From positions 186,001 to 250,000 of the forward strand of contig JAXLNO010000364.1 of assembly GCA_038087875.1 (NCBI GenBank): a stretch of DNA of 64,000 nucleotides, read 5' to 3'. Within the stretch, counting starts at the first letter, position 1, and every line of letters starts with the position of its first letter. The position numbers and the translations under genes are program-made. Below, in pieces: positions 35,328 to 47,923 of the stretch. The notes beneath the pieces were generated by a model. The model was not told where the DNA came from. It saw only the letters and a list, made by a program, of their open reading frames with translations, and ran no database searches. Source of the DNA: Malacoraja senta (Eukaryota).

Positions 35328-36204
35328 CTTAATATGGGGGCGCTGACTTGTGTGCGGCTGCCCAGCGAACAGCTGCTGTGCTTTTCACCTTTTTAAATTT
35401 TAGTCAGTAAAGTGTTTTGTTTTGGAGGTCTAGACTTTTTTGTGTGGGGGGGGTGGGGGGAGGGGGGGGAACTACCTTTCAGGGTCCCTACCTGGCCGGA
35501 GAGGCAGCTTTTCTCCGGGCTGCAGCTTCGACCGGTCCTCGCGGCCTACCAGCGGGCCTGGAGCGGAGTCTCCTGTCGTGGACCGGCCAGAACCTCGGCT
35601 TCGGCGGCGGCACAGCGCTGGAGCGCTATCGCGGAGCGGGCGATTCCTTGCCCGGGTCGCCGCGCTGGAGCTCCGGTGAGCTGAGGATCGCTGGAGAAAA
35701 CATCGCGGAGCTGCGGGACTGTGGAGCGACCAGCTGCGGGCGGCGGCGCTGAACTTTACATCGGGAGCCTGGGATCTCTAGATGAGATTGCCAGTTGTGG
35801 AGCTCCACCCGGCGCGGCCTTGTTGGCTTTCCGAAGCCGCGGCCCCCAGTGCGGAAGCGGCCGTTCCAGGGTTCCCAGCCGCTGGGAGGACTCTCCCGAC
35901 ACCGGATCAACATCACCCGGCGAGAACGGCCTGGAACATCGGGCCTCCGTAGAGGCAACTGTGGAGGCCTAAATGGGCCCGACTATGGGTGAACTGGTGT
36001 TGGGGACTGGACTTTGTGCCTTCCCTCATGGTGGGAGCCATTGTGGGGGGTTGTTCAGTGTTAAGACTATCTTGGTGTTGTGTTTGTATTCTCTTCTCTT
36101 TTTTTGTGTGCTGATAAATGGCAAAAAGCATTTCACTTCACTACACCCGGGTGTATGTGAATGTGACAAATAAAATATCTTGAATCTTGAAATCTTGAAT
36201 CTTG
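35328..36204 (+). mobile_element. GC-rich non-autonomous retroelement with (ATCTTGA)n tail, unit-3-specific
   Basis: 7-bp target-site duplication AATTTCG (35321-35327 and 36205-36211); 3' end TGACAAATAAAAT(ATCTTGA)n; empty site in units 1 and 4; no credible ORF. Confidence 0.85.
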
Positions 36205-38046
36205 AATTTCGTTATGATGAATCAAAAAGGATATCACATTGATGGCTTTATAGAGTCATAGAGTGATAGAGCGTGGAAACAGGCCCTTCGGCTCAACTTC
36301 CCACACCGACCAACATGTCCCACCTGCCTGCCCTTGGACCATATCCATCCAAACGTGTCCCATCAAACTTCCTTGTTAACTATTCCTTATACGTTCGGAT
36401 AGTCCCAGCCTCAACTACCCCCTCTAGCAGCTTGTTCCATGTAACCACCACCCTTTGTTTGAAAAGGTTACCGCTCAAATTCCTATTAAATCTTTACCCC
36501 TTCACCTTGAATCTATTGGTCCACGATGCCCCGACTCTGGGAAAGAGATTCTGTGCATCTACCCGACCTGTTCCTCTCATGATTTGTAACACCTCTATAC
36601 TATCACCCTTCATCCTCCTGCGCTCCAAGGAATAGCGACCCAGCCTACTCAACCTCTCCCATCAGCTCAGACCCCTAGTCCAGGCAGCATCCGCGTAAAT
36701 CTTCACTGATTGGCTGCCAGAGACTAGGGGGTCGGTGCTGTGGCCGCTGCTCTTCACGTTGTATATCAATCATTTGGATGAGGGAATTGAATCCTGGGTG
36801 GGAAGTTTGGTGATGCTGCGAAAGTAGGTGGAGGGGCGATAGTGTGGAGTTAGCAGCGACTCGGCCGAAGGATTTGGGCATGTTTGGAAATGGCAGATGG
36901 AATACAGCGCAGCAAATTGCGGAGACAGGTATTTTGATAGTTGGAATCAATCGAAGACTAATTTTTTAAATGTGGAGATAATTCAGAAATCTGAGGTGCA
37001 AAGGGACTCTGGAATGCTGATACAGGATTCCCAAAAATGTAATTTGCAAGTCGAATTGATAGTAAGGCAGGAAAATGCAATACAAGCATTTATTTGGGGG
37101 AGGAAAAGAATATTTTTAAAAAACGGATGTAATATTGAGGCTTGAAAAGACACTGGTGGGCGCATTTGGGGTATTGTGACCAATTTGGGATGCCATGCAA
37201 ACAAATGGGTTGCAGAGGCTATCGCGTGAAGGCAGGGGAATGGGGCTGATAGGGGAAGAATTACCATCCACGATTAAATGGCGGAGTAAGCAAGAGTCAT
37301 AGAGTGATAGAGTGTGGAAACAGGCCCTTCGGCCCAACTTGCACTCACGGGCCAACATGTCCCAGTTACCCCAGTCCCACCTGCGTGTGCTTGGTCCATA
37401 TCCCTCCAAACCTGTCCTATCCATGTAGCTGTCTAACTATTTCTTGAACGTTGGGATAGTACCAGCATCACCGAGCTCCTCTGGCAGCTTGCACCATACA
37501 CCCACCAGCCTTTGTGTGAAAACATTAGCCTTCAGATTGCTTTTGAATATTTTCCACTTCACCTTGTACTTATGTCTTCTGGCCCTCGATTCAATTACTT
37601 TGGGCAAGAGATTCTGCGCATCTATCCGATTTATTCCTCTCGTGATTGTATGCACCTCTACAAGATCACCCCTCATCGTCCTGCGCTCCAAGGAATAGAG
37701 ACCCAGCCTACTCAACCTCTCCCCATAGCTCAGACCCTCTAGTCCTGGCAACAGTCTCGTAAATGCAATAGTACAATTCATTTAGACTTTAGACTTTTGA
37801 TTTTAAACTTGAGAGATACTTCGCGGAAACAGGCCCTTCGTCGATCAGCGATCACCACGTGCACTGGCACACTCCTAAACACTTGGGACAATTTTCAACT
37901 TTACCGAAATCAAACCTGTACGTCTTTGGAATGTGGGAGAAACTCGGACCACCGAAGAAAACCCACAGGGAGAACATACAAACTCCGTACAAACAGCATC
38001 CGGAGTCCCGATCGAACCCGGTTCTCGGGCGCCGTGAGGCAACAAC

Positions 38047-41000
38047 CTTGAAGGTCGGCAGGTGAAGGGGCGAGTGCGGAGGATTGGCTGCAGAATTTAA
38101 AGCCTTGGTGAGTTTTCAAGAGCGGGTCATTTAAAAACCGGTAACTAAATCTGTAAATTAGCTAATTAGTCAAATGAATAGCAAATAAAAGTAGGGTTCG
38201 CTCTTGGTGGAGCGGCCTGTTGGCGTGAAGTGCCTTGGTGAGTAAGTGTGTGAGTCTTTGGCTCAAGGGCGTCTTGGTGAGTAAGGTGTGATTCTTTGGC
38301 TCAAGAGTCTTCGGCGAGAAGGCTGAAGGAAGGAATCTACATTAATCGAAATGTTTGATTTGTGATTTTTAGTCCAGTAAAGAAATGGCAGAGTGGTAGA
38401 GTGTGTCGGGGAGAAGAGGAAGGATGTTCTGCACCGTGAGTTTATAGAGTTAGTAAGAAGATAGAAAAGCATGACTTCTGGGGTGGTTATCTCTGGATTG
38501 CTTCCAGTACATCGTGCTGGTGAGTACCGGAATAGGGAGATAGCGGATCTGAATGCGGGCTGAGGGGCTGGTGCAGCGAGCAGGGATTTAGATTCATAGA
38601 CCACTGGGACCTATTCTGGGGCAAGCATTACCTCAACAAAAGGGACGGGTTACACCTTAACTGGGGCGGGACCGACATTCTGGCAGCCTGGTTTGCTGGT
38701 GCTACACCGGAGGGTTTAAAATAATTTGCAGGGACGAAGTGTTGACAAATTGGAGATATAAGGATGGAGTGCAAGGTGAAGAGAGTACAGGAAAAGTTGC
38801 GAAAGACAACCGGATTAATGGGACGGAAATTTCAAGAAGGGATAGGAGAGTAAGGTCAGAGGAACCGGTTTGAGAGAGGAGGTGAATACCGAATTAAAAG
38901 TGTTACCGCGAACTATATGAAATAAAGTGGATGAGCTTGAGGCAACGTTAGAAATTGGTGAGTATGATGTTGTGGGAATTACAGACACATGGCTGCAAGC
39001 GGATCAGAACTGGGAACTGAATATTCAGGGCTATGCGCCCTATTGAAAAGAAAGCCAGATGGGCAGAGGGGATGCGGTTGCCCTCGTTGGTAAGGAATGA
39101 AATTCAGTCACTTGCGAGTGGAGACATAGAGTCAGAAGACGTAGAGCCATTGTGGATGGAACTGAGAAATTGAACGGTAGAAAGACCCTAGTCCGTGTTA
39201 TCTACAGGCCCCCAAACCGTAGCCTGGAGATAGGGTGCAAGTTGCATCAGGAGTTAAAATTAACATATAACAAAGATAATACTACTGTGTTTATGGGAGA
39301 TTTCATCATGCAGGTGGACTAGGAAAATCACATAGGTACTGGACCCCAAGAAAGGGAATTTGTAGTGTGTTTCCGAGATGGATTCTAAGAGCAGCTTGTA
39401 CTGGAGCCTAAAAGGTAGCAGGAAAAACTGGATTTAAAGTTATGTAATGAACCGGATTTGATAAGTGAGCTCAAGGTAAAGGAACCAGTAGGAGGTAGTG
39501 GCCATAATAGAACAAGTTGGCCTACAACTTTAGGCTGTGCACGCCATACGCAAGAAGAAGAAGGGAAGTCAAGGACAGTATCAACATAATAGAGAAGACG
39601 TATAACTCAATTCTGATTTGCGAATTAAGGGACTAAAGTTTAGGGGGAACATGAGGGGGGATTTCTTTACTCCAAGAGTGGTAGCTGTGTGGAATGAGCT
39701 TCCAGTGGAAGTGGTGAAGGCAGGTTCGTTTTTATCATTTAAAAATAAATTGGATAGGTATATGGACGGGAAAGGAATGGAGAGTTAAGTTCTGAGTGCA
39801 GATAGATGGGACTACTTGAGAGTAAGTGTTAGGCACGGACTAGAAGGGCCGAGATGGCCTGTGTCCGTGCTGTAATTGTTATATGGTTATATGGTTATAA
39901 CACAGCAAATATGAGCGGGAAGCCAGAGGATTGGGAAACCTTTTAAAGAGGAACAGAAACTAACTAAAACGCTTCCTGCCGTAGATGAAGAAGAAAAAAA
40001 AGTTAAGACAAATGTGGATCCCTTGAAGACAGACACAGTTGGATTTATTACGGGGAACAAGGAAAAGGGAAACGAGTTGAACAGGTACTATGGTTCTGTC
40101 TTCACTTCGGAAGTCAGAAACAATCTCCCATATGTACTAGGGGACAGAGGACCTAGGTTATGGAGGAACTGAAGGAAATTCACATTAGTCAGGAAATGGT
40201 GTCAGATTCACTGATGGGACTGAAGGCTCATACATTCCCAGAGTCTGATGGTCTGCATTCCAGGGTACTCAAGGAGTTAGCTCTAGCAATCGTGGACGCC
40301 TTGGTGATAATGTTCCAATGTTCTATAGATTATGAATCAGTTCGTGTGAAATTGAGGGTAGCTAATGTTATCACACTTTTCAAGAAAGGAGGGAGAGAGA
40401 AAGCAGGGCATTATAGACCAGTTAGCCTGACATCTGTGGTGGGGAAGTTGCTGGTGCCGTTTATTGGAGATGTAATAGTGGCGCATTTGGGTAGCAGTAC
40501 CAGGATCGGTCCAAGTCAGCATGGATTTACGAAGGGGATATCATCTTTGACATATATTCGCAATTTTTTTTGAGGAAGTAACAAGTAATATGGACAAGGG
40601 AGAGCCAGTGGATGTAGGGATTAACGGGTCCCTTTCAGAATGACAGGCAGTGACCAGTGGGGTAACGCAAGGCTCGGAGTTAGGACCGCAGCTATTTACA
40701 ATGTATATTAATGATTTAGATGAAGGGATTACAAGTAACATTTGCAAATTTGCAGATGACACAAATCTGGGTGGCAGTGTGAACTGTGAGGAGGATGCTA
40801 TGAGAATGCAGGGCGACTTGGACAGGTTGGGTGAGTGGGCAGATGCACGGCAGATGCAGTTTAATGTATATAAATGTGAGGTTATCCACTTTGGTAGGAA
40901 AAACGAGAAGGCAGATTATTATCTAAATGTTGTCAAGTTGAGAAAGGGGGAAGTACAACGGGATCTCTGGGTCATTGTTCATCAGTCAATGAAAGTAAGC

Positions 41001-41079
41001 ATGCCATGCAGGTACAGCAGGCAGTGAAGAAAGCGAATGGCATGTTGTCCTTGATAACAAGATAATTGTGTACAGGAGC
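38047..41079 (+). mobile_element. Decayed CR1 LINE, unit 3/4 copy, 5' part (continues at 50603-51221 after the LTR element)
   Basis: Collinear with the other unit copies, with extra deletions near 38405 and 39509. Coding sequence GTACAGGAGC|AAAGAGG is split by the LTR element. Confidence 0.88.
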
Positions 41080-41664
41080 TGTTAGGCGCTCCCCCTCCTG
41101 GTCAATGTTATGTATCAACATTTCTCTGTTTCTTTCCCGAGTGCATGCCTCGTGGTTGTGAGTCTGGACATCAAGGGGTTAAAAGGATCCCGTACCCGAT
41201 TGGCCAAGCTGCGTCAGGTGATGGGTGACTCATCTGAAGCATAAATACCAGAGTTCCCAGAATTCTCTTTTTTTTCTTGGACGCCCCTGCCTCGTGAGCT
41301 GATTGCTGGTGTGAGCTGTGGAAGGCCTGGCCACATGGCATAGAACTTCGTGTAATTTCAACATTACGTTGTACCTAATATCGAATTCGGACGGCCAAGG
41401 GTTGTCCTTAGAAGTTTTCCTTATTTTGTTTCAGGGATAGATTTATTTTAGGCAGGTTTAGAGTCTCAGGTTCGACGGTCCATCGCGTGGCTGGCCTGAG
41501 CACTTTTAAGTTGTTTGTTAATCCATTCATATCCTTGTCTGGGTTGTTTGAATCAGGTTTGGGTTTTGGTGTGTTATTAAATAATTAAACTATTTTTGAA
41601 CTTAAACCTGGCTTTGAACTATGTTACGCGGCTCTGGATTACCTGCTTTCGGGGAATCGTAACA
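41080..41664 (+). repeat. 5' LTR (585 bp)
   Basis: Begins TGTTAGGCGC, ends CGTAACA; direct repeat with 50200-50602. Confidence 0.93.
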
Positions 41665-41667
41665 AAA

Positions 41668-41680
41668 TGGGGGCCCGTCC
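41668..41680 (+). promoter_or_regulatory. Primer-binding site, tRNA-Pro type
   Basis: TGGGGGCCCGTCC lies 3 nt after the 5' LTR, one mismatch from the tRNA-Pro PBS TGGGGGCTCGTCC. Confidence 0.8.
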
Positions 41681-41836
41681 TAAGTTTTGATGACCCTAGA
41701 CGTTTTTTGGTTGTTTTTTTTTTGGTAGGCTTCTGGACTGAGGAAGTCTGTGTGTGTTGAGAGGGAATTTTTTCTTCCCTGTTTGTGGTAGCATTGGTGC
41801 CCAGGGTTTAGCTAGTGGTTCGGTGCTATATTTGAA

Positions 41837-44259
41837 ATGGATTTTAAGGTGGAAGGGTTTGTTGAGACTCCTAGCCTAGAGAGGTTTCATCAACGTACTA
41901 AGGAAAATTTAGTGTTGCTTGCAGATAAATATGGCGTTGCTATTAATAAACAGGCAAACAAAAAGTCAATTAAGACGTTGTTATGGACTGCTTTGGTTGA
42001 CCAAGGAGTGTTGCCTAGTAGTCCTGACAGTCATAAATCTATACAGCCATGTCAGGACATGGAGGCAGTCATTAGGTTGAAGGAGATGGAGCTTGAGTCA
42101 CAGAGAATGGCGTCCGCCTTTAAAAAAGGATGAACTCATGCATGTTCTTGAAATGAAACGGCTTGAGGAGGAAACCAAAAGGGCTGAGTTTCAGCTGAGG
42201 GAGAAAGAATTAGATACTTCCCGGTTATCTCCTAAAGAGCATGGGTTTGATGTGAGCAGAAATATTCGTTTGGTTCCACCGTTTAGTGAAAGAGATGTTG
42301 ATAAATATTTCACTTTGTTTGAGCGTGTGGCTTTGTCCTTAAAGTGGCGTAAGGAAGTGTGGACCTTGCTATTGCAGTGTGTCCTTGTGGGTAAAGCACG
42401 GGAGGTGTACTCGTCTTTGTCAGTTGAAAGCAGTCTGGACTATGAGTGTGTGAAGATTACAGTATTAAGGGCTTATGAATTAGTTCCTTTGGCATACCGG
42501 CAGAAATTCCGGCGCTTTAGGAGTTTGATAGTCAGACTTATGTGGAGTTTGCTAGGGAGAAGGAGGCACTTTTTGACAGGTGGTGCGCTTCTCAAGGAGT
42601 GAAGGATATTGGGCAACTACGGGCCTTAATGATTATGGAAGACTTTAAGAACTGTCTCCCTGAGAGGGTTACTACTTACCTTAATGAGCAGAAGGTGAAA
42701 GAGGTGTCTAAGGCCGCGGTGTTGGCAGATGAGTATGTATTAACTCATAAAACTGATTTTGTTGGGCGATCCAATAGCTTTGGTGCACGGCCGGTTGATC
42801 GTGGTGGGGTCGCCGGTGGCAGTGTCAAGGGTGTTTCTGTGCCTGCAAGTGGCAGCACGTTGATACAGGGGGAAGTCCGAGCTGATAAGGTTGACGGCAA
42901 TTGGAGGACTAACGAAGGTACTGTGTGCTTATATTGTAATGGGAAAGGACACATTTTAAAGGCGTGTCCCGTTCTGAAGCAGAGAAATTCAAAGACTGTG
43001 GTTTTGGTGGGTACACAGAAGGTACCTGTGGTACCTGAAGTGCCTGAGTCTGAGGAATGTAGGGATTTTTCTGCGTTCATCAATAATGGGTTTGTTTCTC
43101 TGGAGGATGGGGGTGAGAGAGTTCCAGTATCCATCTTGCGTGATACTGGTGCTACTCAGTCCTTTATATTGGAGAGTGTACTGCCGTTTTCTGGTGAATC
43201 ATCGGTTGGGTCAAGTGTCCCTGTGGTAGGATTCGGGATGGATGACATGGTAGTGCCTTTGCATACCGTGAGTCTCGAGTCCCAGTTGGTTTCAGGCCGG
43301 GTAACTATTGGGTTACGGCCGTGTTTTACCGTTGAGGGAGTTTCAGTAATATTGGGGAATGACTTGGCAGGAGGTAACGTTTTAGTTACTCCTGAGGTGA
43401 CGGCTGTGCCGATGGTACACAGTCCTGATAGATTGGCTATTCAGCATCCGAAAGTGTTCGCAACTTGTGCTGTCACGAGGGCTATGGCTAAGAGCCAGGC
43501 GAAGTTTGAGGATGTAGTGGACCTACGTGAGAGCATTTTTGGAGATCAGGATGAGGGATCCTGTGTGTTGAAGGGTGTTTCTACATCTCAAGAGGGGATA
43601 GTAACTGAAAGTGGGCCGGTGTCGCTGTCACGTGACCGGCTGGCTGAGGAGCAAAAGAGTGATCCAGGTTTATCTGAGCTGTTCGACCACGCGGTGCCTG
43701 AGGGGGATATGGATTCCACAGCAAAGGTTTTTTTTCTAAGGGAGGGCTTACTGATGCGAAAGTGGTCTCCCTTGGATATGTCTGGGCATGATGATTGGAG
43801 CGTGGTTGATCAGATTGTGATACCTCGGCGGTATAGGGACGAGATACTCGGTTTGGCTCATGATGGTCCTCTGGGTGGACATTTGCGGGTCAATAAGACA
43901 CATGACCGGATCTTACGGATTTTTTTTTGGCCAGGGTTGAAAAGGGACGTGAAACAGCAGTGCAGGTGTTTTCACATTTGCCAGGTGGCAGGAAAGCCGA
44001 ACCAATCGATTGTTCCTGCGCCTTTATATCCAATCCCTGTGGTCGGTGAGCCGTTTGAGCGGATTTTAGCTGATTGTGTGGGTCCTCTACCTCGGACAAA
44101 GATGGGCAACAAGTATTTATTGACAATAATGTGTGCGTCTACCCGCTTAATGGAGGTGGTCCCTTTCCGTAGAATTACTGCCCCTATCATTGTGAAGTCG
44201 CTCACTAAGTTTTTTTCGTTGTTCGGTTTGCCCAAGGTGGTGCAGAGTGACCAAGGTTC
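41837..44259 (+). pseudogene. Gag (SCAN-related capsid, CCHC knuckle), protease and integrase N-half of the LTR element; frameshifted
   Basis: ORFs 41837-42133, 42093-42602 and 42542-44263: YFTLFERVA...AYRQKFR, CLYCNGKGHILKAC, ILRDTGATQS, AHDGPLGGH...CRCFHIC, ILADCVGP, VQSDQGS. Confidence 0.9.
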
Positions 44260-44357
44260 ATAGATACATAGATACATAGAAATTAGGTGCAGGAGTAGGC
44301 CATTCGGCCCTTCGAGCCTGCACCGCCATTCAATACGATCATGGCTGATCATCCAAC

Positions 44358-47300
44358 TCAGTATCCCGTACCTGCCTTCTCTCCATACCCCCTGATCCCT
44401 TTAGCCACAAGGGCCACATCTAATTCCCTCTTAAATATAGCCAATGAACTGGCCTCAACTACCCTCTGTGGCAGAGAGTTCCAGAGATTCACCACTCTCT
44501 GTGTGAAAAAGTTTTTCCTCATCTCGGTCTTAAAGGATTTTCCCCTTATCCTTAAGCTGTGACCCCTTGTCCTGGACTTCCCCAACATCGGGAACAATCT
44601 TCCTGCATCTAGCCTGTCCAACCCCATAAGAATCTTGTACGTTTCTATAAGATCCCCTCTCAATCTCCTAAATTCTAGCGAGTATAAGCCAAGTCTATCC
44701 AGTCTTTCTTCATATGAAAGTCCTGACATCCCAGGAATCAGTCTGGTGAACCTTCTCTGCACTCCCTCTATGGCTATAATGTCCTTCCTCAGATTTGGAG
44801 ACCAAAACTGTACGCAATACTCCAGGTGTGGTCTCACCAAGACCCTGTACAACTGCAGTAGAACCTCACTGCTCCTATACTCAAATCCTCTTGCTATGAA
44901 GGCCAACATACCATTCGCTTTCTTCACTGCCTGCTGCACCTGCATGCCTACTTTCAATGACTGGTGTACCATGACACCCAGGTCTCGCTGCATCTCCCCA
45001 TTTCCTAATCGGCCACCATTTAGATAATAGTCTGCCTTCCCGTTTTTGCTACCAAAGTGGATAACCTCACATTTATCCACATTATACTGCATCTGCCAAA
45101 CATTTGCCCACTCACCCAGCCTATCCAAGTCACCTTGCAGTCTCCTAGCATCCTCCTCACAGCTAACACTGCCCCCCAGCTTAGTGTCATCCGCAAACTT
45201 GGAGATGTTGCTTTCAATTCCCTCGTCCAGATCATTAATATAAATTGTAAATAGCTGGGGTCCCAGCACTGAGCCTTGTGGTACCCCACTAGTCACTGCC
45301 TGCCATTGTGAAAAGGACCCGTTTACTCCTACTCTTTGCTTCCTGTTTGCCAGCCAGTTCTCTATCCACATCAATACTGAACCCCCAATACCGTGTGATT
45401 TAAGTTTGTATCCTAATCTCTTATGTGGTACCTTGTCGAAAGCCTTCTGAAAGTCCAGATACAACACATCCACTGGTTCTCCCCTATCCACTCTACTAGT
45501 TACATCCTCGAAAAATTCTATAAGATTCGTCAGACACGATTTACCTTTCGTAAATCCATGCTGACTTTGTCCAATGATTTCACCACTTTCCAAATGTGCT
45601 GCTATCCCATCTTTAATAACTGACTCTAGCAGTTTCCCCACTACCGATGTTAGACTAACTGGTCTGTAATTCCCCGTTTTCTCTCTCCCTCCCTTCTTAA
45701 AAAGTGGGGTTACGTTTGCTACCCTCCAATCCTCAGGAACTACTCCAGAATCTAAAGAGTTTTGAAAAATTATCACTAATGCATCCACTATTTCTGGAGC
45801 TACTTCCTTAAGTACTCTGGGATGCAGCCTATCTGGCCCTGGTGATTTATCGGCCTTTAATCCATTCAATTTACCCAACACCACTTCCCGACTAACCTGG
45901 ATTTCACTCAGTTCCTCCATCTCCTTTGACCCGCGGCCCCCTGCTATTTCCGGCAGATTATTTATGTCTTCCTTAGTGAAGACGGAACCAAAGTAGTTAT
46001 TCAATTGGTCTGCCATATCCTTGTTCCCCATGATCAATTCACCTGTTTCTGACTGCAAGGGACCTACATTTGATTTAACTAATCTCTTTCTCTTCACATA
46101 TCTATAAAAACTTTTGCAGTCAGTTTTTATGTTTCCTGCCAGTTTCCTTTCATAATCTATTTTCCCTTTCCTAATTAAGCCCTTTGTCCTCCTCTGCTGG
46201 TCTCTGAATTTCTCCCAGTCCTCTGGTATGCTGCTTTTTCTGGCTAATTTGTACGCATCATCTTTTGCTTTGATACTATCCCTGATTTCCCTTGTTATCC
46301 ACGGATGCACTACCTTCCTTGATTTATTCTTTTGCCAAACTGGGATGAACAATTTTTGTAGTTCATCCATGCAGTCTTTAAATGCCTTCCATTGCATATC
46401 CACCGTCAACCCTTTTAGAACTAATTGCCAGTCAATCTTGGCCAATTCATGTCTCATACCCTCAAAGTTACCTTTCTTTAAGTTCAGAACCGTTGTTTCT
46501 GAATTAACAATGTCACTCTCCATCCTAATGAAGAACTCAACCATATTATGATCACTCTTGCCCAAGGGGGCACGCACAACGAGTCTGCTAACTAACCCTT
46601 CCTCATTACTCAATACCCAGTCTAGAATAGCCTGCTCTCTCGTTGGTTCCTCTACATGTTGGTTTAGATAACTATCCCTCATACATTCCAAGAAATCCTC
46701 TTCCTCAGCACCCCTGCCAATTTGATTCACCCAATCTATATGTAGATTGAAGTCACCCAATATAACTGTTTTGCCTTTGTTGCACGCATTTCTAATTTCC
46801 TGTTTGATGCCATCCCCAACTTCACTACTACTGCTAGGTGGCCTGTACACAACGCCCACCAGCGTTTTCTGCCCCTTAGTGTTTCGCAGCTCTACCCATA
46901 CCGATTCCACATCCTCCAAGCTAATGTCCTTCCTTTCCACTGCGTTAATCTCCTCTCTAACCAGCAACGCCACCCCACCTCCTTTTCCTTTCTCTCTATC
47001 CCTCCTGAATATTGAATATCCCTGGATGTTCAGCTCCCAGCCTTGGTCACCTTGGAGCCATGTCTCCGTGATCCCAACTATATCATAATCATTAATTGCT
47101 ATCTGCACGTTCAACTCATCCACCTTATTACGAATGCTCCTTGCATTGAGACACAAAGCCTTCAGACTTGATTTTACAACGCTCTTACCCCTTATACAAT
47201 TATGTTGAAAAGTGGCTCTTTTTGATTTTTGTCCTGGATTTGTCTGCCTGCCACTTTTACCTTTCACCTTGCTACCTATTGCTTCCGCCCGCATTTTACA

Positions 47301-47657
47301 CCCCTCTGTTTCTCTGCTCACCCATTTAAGAACCCCACCACCTCTTATTCTCTGTTTATTATTGTTTTCTTCTTTCCCCCCTACATGTTGGGTCTGAGTG
47401 CTTTCCTTCTCTGCCTCCTGCCTCACACACTGTCTAATAGCATTCTCTATTTGAGTCCCTCCCCCCAACCATTCTAGTTTAAAGTCTCCCCAGTAGCCTT
47501 TGCAGATCTCCCCGCCAGGATATCGGTCCCCCTCAGGTTCAAGTGCAACCCATCCTTTTTGTACAGGTCGAACCTTCCACAAAAGAAGTCCCAATGATCC
47601 AGAAATTTGAATCCCTGCCTTCTGCACCAGTCCTTCAGCCACGCATTTATCCTCCAC
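44358..47657 (-). CDS. CR1 ORF2: APE endonuclease plus reverse transcriptase (uninterrupted frame; true start probably downstream of 47657)
   Basis: CLNARSIRNK, VGITETWL, GVVYRPP, ILGDFN, LGKSDH, YRPVSLTS, DFQKAFD, GVPQGSVLGP and FADD, with no stop over ~1100 codons. Confidence 0.92.
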   Translation of the reverse strand: MEDKCVAEGLVQKAGIQISGSLGLLLWKVRPVQKGWVALEPEGDRYPGGEICKGYWGDFKLEWLGGGTQIENAIRQCVRQEAEKESTQTQHVGGKEENNNKQRIRGGGVLKWVSRETEGCKMRAEAIGSKVKGKSGRQTNPGQKSKRATFQHNCIRGKSVVKSSLKALCLNARSIRNKVDELNVQIAINDYDIVGITETWLQGDQGWELNIQGYSIFRRDREKGKGGGVALLVREEINAVERKDISLEDVESVWVELRNTKGQKTLVGVVYRPPSSSSEVGDGIKQEIRNACNKGKTVILGDFNLHIDWVNQIGRGAEEEDFLECMRDSYLNQHVEEPTREQAILDWVLSNEEGLVSRLVVRAPLGKSDHNMVEFFIRMESDIVNSETTVLNLKKGNFEGMRHELAKIDWQLVLKGLTVDMQWKAFKDCMDELQKLFIPVWQKNKSRKVVHPWITREIRDSIKAKDDAYKLARKSSIPEDWEKFRDQQRRTKGLIRKGKIDYERKLAGNIKTDCKSFYRYVKRKRLVKSNVGPLQSETGELIMGNKDMADQLNNYFGSVFTKEDINNLPEIAGGRGSKEMEELSEIQVSREVVLGKLNGLKADKSPGPDRLHPRVLKEVAPEIVDALVIIFQNSLDSGVVPEDWRVANVTPLFKKGGREKTGNYRPVSLTSVVGKLLESVIKDGIAAHLESGEIIGQSQHGFTKGKSCLTNLIEFFEDVTSRVDRGEPVDVLYLDFQKAFDKVPHKRLGYKLKSHGIGGSVLMWIENWLANRKQRVGVNGSFSQWQAVTSGVPQGSVLGPQLFTIYINDLDEGIESNISKFADDTKLGGSVSCEEDARRLQGDLDRLGEWANVWQMQYNVDKCEVIHFGSKNGKADYYLNGGRLGNGEMQRDLGVMVHQSLKVGMQVQQAVKKANGMLAFIARGFEYRSSEVLLQLYRVLVRPHLEYCVQFWSPNLRKDIIAIEGVQRRFTRLIPGMSGLSYEERLDRLGLYSLEFRRLRGDLIETYKILMGLDRLDAGRLFPMLGKSRTRGHSLRIRGKSFKTEMRKNFFTQRVVNLWNSLPQRVVEASSLAIFKRELDVALVAKGIRGYGEKAGTGY

Positions 47658-47923
47658 CTCGCTCCATTCCTACTCTCACTGTCGCGTGGTACAGGCAGTA
47701 ATCCCGAGATTGTTACCTTTGCTGTCCTTCTCTTTAACTCCCCTCCTATCTCCCTAAATTCTCCTTTCAGGACCTCTTCTCTTTTTTTACCTATGTCATT
47801 GGTACCTATATGTATCACGACCTCGGGCTCCTCTCCCTGCCCTTTCAGGATGTCTTGGACACGTTGGGACACATCACAGACCCTGGCACCAGGGAGGCAA
47901 ACTACCATCCGGGTCTCCCGACT
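47474..47923 (-). CDS. CR1 ORF1 C-terminal SGNH esterase domain (5'-truncated)
   Basis: VVCLPGARV...VVIHIGTND...ISGLLP...DGLHL. Confidence 0.85.
   Translation of the reverse strand, partial: SRETRMVVCLPGARVCDVSQRVQDILKGQGEEPEVVIHIGTNDIGKKREEVLKGEFREIGGELKRRTAKVTISGLLPVPRDSESRNGARWRINAWLKDWCRRQGFKFLDHWDFFCGRFDLYKKDGLHLNLRGTDILAGRSAKATGETLN

Larger units (their letters stand above)
44260..47923 (-). mobile_element. Young, 5'-truncated CR1 LINE inserted in the integrase
   Basis: (TATCTATG)n tail at 44260-44280, 3' hairpin GGTGCAGG...CCTGCACC, intact ORF2 and the C-terminal part of ORF1; GTTC duplicated at 44256-44259 and 47924-47927. Confidence 0.95.

Noticed and set aside
35412..35992. ORFs within the GC-rich elements (also 52196-52853)
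   Set aside because: Open frames on both strands are expected at high GC, and the frames are not conserved between the two homologous elements.
42115..42130. TTTAAAAAAG as a programmed -1 frameshift site in gag
   Set aside because: The required shift is +1, lies inside gag and is reversed near 42530; it is better explained as mutational indels in a dead element.
47170..47657. Long N-terminal extension of the 1099-aa ORF as a novel fusion domain
   Set aside because: It overlaps the ORF1 end and inter-ORF region, and recognisable endonuclease begins near 47160, so the ORF-track start is probably not the real one.
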